From NCBI RefSeq assembly GCF_009914755.1, contig NC_060939.1: a stretch of 64,000 nt of DNA; one strand, 5' to 3'. Source of the DNA: the human T2T-CHM13v2.0 reference genome, Homo sapiens. This document shows positions 58,301 to 64,000 of this stretch, in pieces. The position numbers and the translations under genes are program-made. The notes under the pieces were generated by a model. The model saw only the letters and a list, made by a program, of their open reading frames with translations, had not been told where the DNA came from and made no database searches. Every line of letters starts with the position of its first letter. The stretch's first letter is position 1.

Positions 58301-60215
58301 ACAGGAATGTATTGAGGTCACACAACACACTCCAAACATGAGGCAGTGAAGGCAGGGAGGTGGAGAGCTGAGGCAGGTAATAAAGATCAGATGGCCAGTG
58401 GGGAGAGATCCAGGGGCCGATCTCACACTGTTAAAGTCACCAGCTCTAATAACATCACTTTCAATGTCTTCAATTCTATTTATAAATTTTTAAGTCTAAT
58501 TCTATGTAATATGTTTACATCTTTTATTGGGAGCAGATTCAAACCTATTTTTTAAAGAAGAAATGCAAAGATTTTAAAGAAGCAAAGTAAAAAAATAAAA
58601 TTTCATTCTCACACGTTGTATAACAAAAAGGTAGTTATTATTTGTAATATTCTGTATAGTTAAGATGTGGCTGGGCAATTGATGATATACTATGTCATTG
58701 AAAAATCCACCCTTAAGTCTGACAGACATCTTGGCCAATTATATGGATGCAACTGGACAAAAGGAGCTAGTGGGAAGCTGAACTTTGACTTTTTAAAGAT
58801 TTGTTTGAATGAGACATGGATTTAATATTTTCTGATCAATATTGTGTAAAATACATTCCAAATGATACCAATACTTTAGCCTACAAAAGAATCGAAAGGA
58901 TGATGTTTATTTAAAATTATCAAAAATAATTGTGCAATGATATTCCTACGGGCTCATCTCTCAGCACTTGTTCCGGCCTATGTGAAAAGTCAGCCTTGGT
59001 GCACCCGGGCATGTCAGCCATGCTACCAATGGGAGACTCCCTGTGTCTCACTTTCATCCTGGCTTCTGGGTCAAGATAGTCTAAGCCAGAGTGTCTAATC
59101 AATTTTAAACCTATCTTTTCTGGCAAAAAAAGGAAAATGAAAACAAAAAAGAAAGAAAAAAGAAAAATAATAAATACATGCTTGAGTGTAACATCGCTGG
59201 TGGCTGGTGAACATTGTTTCACTGTATGTCCCAATGCTACTTTTTATAGCAGGAGTCCAATTTTTAAACAATCATTATGAATATGAGCATGATAGAAAAG
59301 TAGTGATTTTATCTCAACTACATGGGGAGACACATGCGAGGTAAAAGCACGGATGTGGTCTTCAAATGTATACGGCAAGAGTGATGGGTCAGTTAAGTTA
59401 TAATATATATACTGCATTTTTACTTCTATGTGGAATTGAGAAACTGAAATGGAATTTTTTCTTAGTTTATATATGGCTTATCTATTTGGGATAATGTTTC
59501 TGTGCATATGAGTTGGTAGACGGGATAGCAAGAAGCTTATGGAGATAAACTTTAAGAACCTGAGGAAAGTATAAAAAATGTCCTAGCAAATAAAAGAATA
59601 TAAATCCAGGTTGAATATCATCCACTCAAATAGAAGTCTGCACATTTGGTAATAGGTCCATCTCAAAGTATCATGTTGACAATCAGGTTTTACTCCTTAA
59701 AAGAGAAATAAGCAAAAGAAATATGAGGGGCATTATATGACATTTTCCTTCTTTCCAGATTTTAGAGAATTCCTTTCCAGGAAGGTCAAAATCTTAACTG
59801 ACTTTGAGAACGTTTTTCTTATTCCACAGGTAAATTATTTTCAGTCCTCATTTTGCCAAAATTTTGTTTCTGTGCAATTTCAAATATATCTTCAACTTTA
59901 AAAGTAGATGATTTTGTAAATGCTACATTTTTCACGTTATGGTACTGCCAAAGAGTCAAAATCTGAAGAATCCTCGTTTTACAAACAGGGATAAACAACT
60001 AGATTTGGAAGTGTTGCTAGAAGCCTGAACTGTAGCTTGTGAATTGTTCCAATGTTATTTTTACAAGTGATATGTTTATTTTTGTGATCAGTTAGAGATT
60101 TTGTCTATGATTCCCAGCTGAGAATCCCAAGTACTTCCTCAATTCCCAAGAAATGGAGAACACCTGGAAAAGGATTCTTCACATGAAAAATACAAACTCC
60201 CCACCCCCCCCACCG

Positions 60216-60216
<1 letters not shown>

Positions 60217-60256
<40 letters not shown>
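60217..60256. repeat. (CA)~20 microsatellite
   Basis: Perfect CA run preceded by a C-rich tract. Confidence 0.95.
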
Positions 60257-60259
<3 letters not shown>

Positions 60260-62699
60260 ACAAGATACATGAGAACGGCCGCTCCATTCTCAGTTCAAAA
60301 ACAAACAAAAATAAATATCAAATAGAAAAAAAAAATGTGTCTGATTATCCTTCACCTTGAGTCTTTGGTTTAAAGCAAGCAGATAAAGAAATAAACATTC
60401 CCCAAAAGCAGCCCTCACCCCATGCCATTAGGATCTCCAAAGTAAATAAAAAGTGGTACTGCCGAGAGTGAATTGCTGTGGCAATTCCAGGGAGAATCCT
60501 GATTTTAGCACCACTGTACCAAATTTGTCATTTAGGGAAGCTCTTGTTCCCTTTATTGAGTTTCACTGTAGCGAACAATTTCTGCCTGCATCCCTCGTGT
60601 GTCCTTTTGGTTTATTATCTTTCACTGTGAATTGAGCCTCTACAATCAGTTTCACGGGAAGCCTAATTTCACTCACTGCTTATACATATGAGGAGACACC
60701 CCTCCCTGCCTCCCCCTCTCCCAATGTTCTTATCAAATGAAGAATTGTGGATAAGGGTTAGGTGCAGATAAACATGAGTGTAGCACTTTCAGAAAGGTCG
60801 TGATCCCCCCCATAAGGTGCTTCTTGTTATGCCTGACCTTCAGATTTTCATCATCAGCCCGCCTGACAACTTAATAATGCAGAGGAGCAGGATTCATTTC
60901 GCCCCTCTGAGAAAGCCAGCACGGGACGCCCTTTTCCCTGATTATTTCCCTGCACTCCCGGCTGCCCTTTATAAGCCAACCAGAACTCCATCAATCATGC
61001 CCCTCTCTTCCCTCGCCTCCTCAGCCCCCAGTTCTGAAGACTCTAAAGCTGCCCTGTTCCTTTTGTCTGGGGCTGGATTGTGTATACAAAGATCCCCAAA
61101 ATGGGGGTGGAGAGGCACACCTTTAGCAAATAACTGCTCCCCTTCCCAATCCCTGCATCTGGGTCTGAGGATGGTGCATTTCTTTTTCTTTTTTTCTGCT
61201 TGTTTAAAGAAATGCTTTTAAAGTTCTCATCCTTATTCGTGGGTAGCGTTGTCATGCACCATCTCTCTTAACGAGCTCCTGTAAATGCTGGGGTTTAAAT
61301 AACCTGAATGTGAGTTAGAGGTTTTTTAGTCTTTTTTGGACCCGTTTCTTCGTTATGGTGAATATTGTTATTATTAGTGGTTTAGCATTCTAGAAGCAGC
61401 TAAAGGCAATGAAGCCTGTTTCACATCTTCTTCCTCAGCCCTTTTCTCCTTTGGAGTATGAGGAAAGAGGGAGAGAGAGGACAGAAAAACAGAGACAGGG
61501 ATGAAAGCATACAGACAGAGGATAGGGAGGGAGAAGACTCAGGCTTGTGGGAGTAATCAGGCATTTATTTCACCTTGGTCAGAATAAAAGCGACATGCAA
61601 AAGTTTTGAGGGAAAAACATGAGTGCTTTTAGAAGGTGATGATATAGATTGGAATTGGATTCTAATAGCTGTAATAAACCTGTTCTATAAAATATGCTTG
61701 GACTTCACTCTGTACCTTGCAAGTGTTTTCCTGCAAATAACGAAGAGGTTTTAGGGTACAATATAGACAGGGTGCCACCTAAGGTGTCCGTGTGTGCCTT
61801 TCTCCAGGTCCAGGTCCGTGGCCTCCAGCAGCTGCCTTTCTGTCTTGAAAAAGGATACCATCTTCCCGAGGCTAGCAACTCAGCTGGCTGAGGGAACATG
61901 AGCCCAGCCAGCTAGTAGACTTGCATCCCAGGTTGCTGGGTGAGCAGGATGGAAACCTGTGCCCAATCGGATTGGATAGCAGGTCAGGCCAGCACACATG
62001 AGGCTACTGCCCTGATGTTGTTTGTTTTGTTAGGTTTTTAAGAAAAAGAAAGGAAAAGACTACGCTGTGGAAAATACAGTAGATTCACTTGATTGCCAAA
62101 CAGTTGTTAAACAAATAAAACAGATCTCAAATCATCTTCGACAATAACAAAGCCAAGAGGTAAGGGCAGAAAATACATCACATAATGTTTAATCAAAGAC
62201 ATACGTGTATCCTTTACTTCGCAGCACAAATTCAAAACCTTTTGTTAAAATAGAAAACAAGTTACTCAGTTTCATTTTCATTCTCATTGTTTTGTTTCAT
62301 TCTCAGTGACTGGCCAGCAGCAGCCTCAAGGTACAGGATCTCTAAGTAAACACAAGAGATAACGGACACATATTTATTAAGGGCCTAGTACATTCCTAGT
62401 TTTTAGTGAGATGCCATGATGTTCAGAGCCTGATATTAACTGGAAACTTGTAACATAGATGTGTGGGGAAATAGAAATCAAGATTTCTGATGTTAACATC
62501 TTATTGTAAATACCTATTTCCAGAAATGAATAGAATTAGTTAGGAACACCAGACTTAAACTTGGCTTCCAAGGATTCATTGTGCATGCATGTCCCTGAGG
62601 TTGCATTTATTTATTTACAAATTTTAGAATAAAGAAGTCACTGTACTTATAATGTGGATTGTTCTGGAAGATCAGAGATGAAAACCAGTACTTTATTTT

Positions 62700-63564
62700 G
62701 GTACTCTGGGAGATTAGAGACATAGGAATGATGAGTAATGATTTGCATTTTCCATGAGTATATAGTAGTTTTTAGGCTAGGGTAGACTTTTCATCTGAGA
62801 AGATCCCTCCTGAAGAAGCAAGTTGAAAGAATATAACAAATTTATCTTGACATTTCTTGAATTTGATGCTTGCCAGACAACCAGGTAGAGATATCAGTGG
62901 ATGGACAGTTGTATACATGAGTTGTGGGTGAGATCAAGACTAAACAGATTTGTTGAAACTATGAGAAAGGATAGAAAAGTGTGCATAATGAGAAGAGACA
63001 GTAAGAGGGAACCCCAAAAAACACTAAGATGAAATGATTGCTGGAAGAAAGAAGCCTATGTATGAAGTAGAGAAAGGTTAAGAAGCCTAAAATAAAATTG
63101 CTTTTTTTATGTGTCTATTTGTTTCTTTAATATTCCTTTCACCAACCCCAACATGGAGGTTCCTTCAGGGCAAGGACTTTACCAATCTTGCTCACAGGTG
63201 TACCTGGAATATAATAGAAAGCCAAATAAATATTTATTTACAAATAAAAAGGAGTGGATAGATAAAAGGAAAACAGAGAGAGTGTAGTACCCTTTCCTAT
63301 TCAACAGGAATATGGAAGTAAACCCTAACAAAGGAGAATATTAAAAATGCAGTATAGCAGAGAGAAGTCGTAATTCAAGGACGGGAAAAACATAAAGTAG
63401 ACTTACCAATTAGGAGGTCATTGGTGATTGGCTAAGAGATCTTTTGACACAACATTGGGAGCAGAAACTGGATTGCTAAACACTGAACAAGGAAAGAAGG
63501 TGATAAATCTGGGCTGCTGAATGTAGAATTTATTTTCAAGGAGTGTTTAGATAACAAGAGCTTA
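62700..63564 (-). mobile_element. L2 fragment(s)
   Basis: 'tgaatttgatgcttgccagacaaccaggtagagatatcagtggatggacagttgtatacatgag', 'caattaggaggtcattggtga'. A short opposite-strand L2 end at ~63100-63260 is nested. Confidence 0.65.
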
Positions 63565-63938
<374 letters not shown>

Positions 63939-64000
63939 CTATTTACTGGCTATGGATGGAGTTGAGCACCTCAGGTGATGCAACATCTGAGCACCTAAGA

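Noticed and set aside
60964-60977. Minus-strand TATAAAGG as a TATA box
   Set aside because: Imperfect TATAWAWR match with no supporting initiator or downstream exon evidence.

Overview
AT-rich, CpG-depleted primate genomic DNA. AluY and an L1PA4/5-type 3' end indicate a catarrhine, probably hominoid or human, genome. The window is intronic or intergenic. I found no credible protein-coding gene, RNA gene, CpG island or prokaryotic-type system. The supplied ORFs are Alu-, L1- or microsatellite-derived or chance-length. The only recognisable peptide is the C-terminal 52 codons of L1 ORF2p. The window holds 10 near-full-length Alus, one free right monomer, one doubly truncated Alu fragment, L1PA/L1MA/L1MB/L1ME/HAL1 pieces, L2, L3/CR1, MIRs, MaLR LTRs and hAT fossils (MER53, MER5, MER94, Charlie-type). 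Between these lie several kb-scale, repeat-poor, homeodomain/TALE-motif-rich blocks that resemble developmental enhancers. I cannot support a genuinely new biological system here. The most interesting observations are mechanistic scars. (1) An Alu fragment of about one monomer period with no tail, bounded by TGAG microhomology inside a MIR and sharing rare substitutions with an AluJ 1.5 kb away. (2) An Alu insertion without TSD that replaced ~70 bp of an MLT1A LTR. (3) An AluY with a 41-nt expanded middle A-linker, inverted relative to a young CpG-rich AluY 3 kb away. (4) Scattered plus-strand exon-like units. Repeat subfamily names come from remembered consensus similarity, not a database search, and boundaries of old repeats are approximate.
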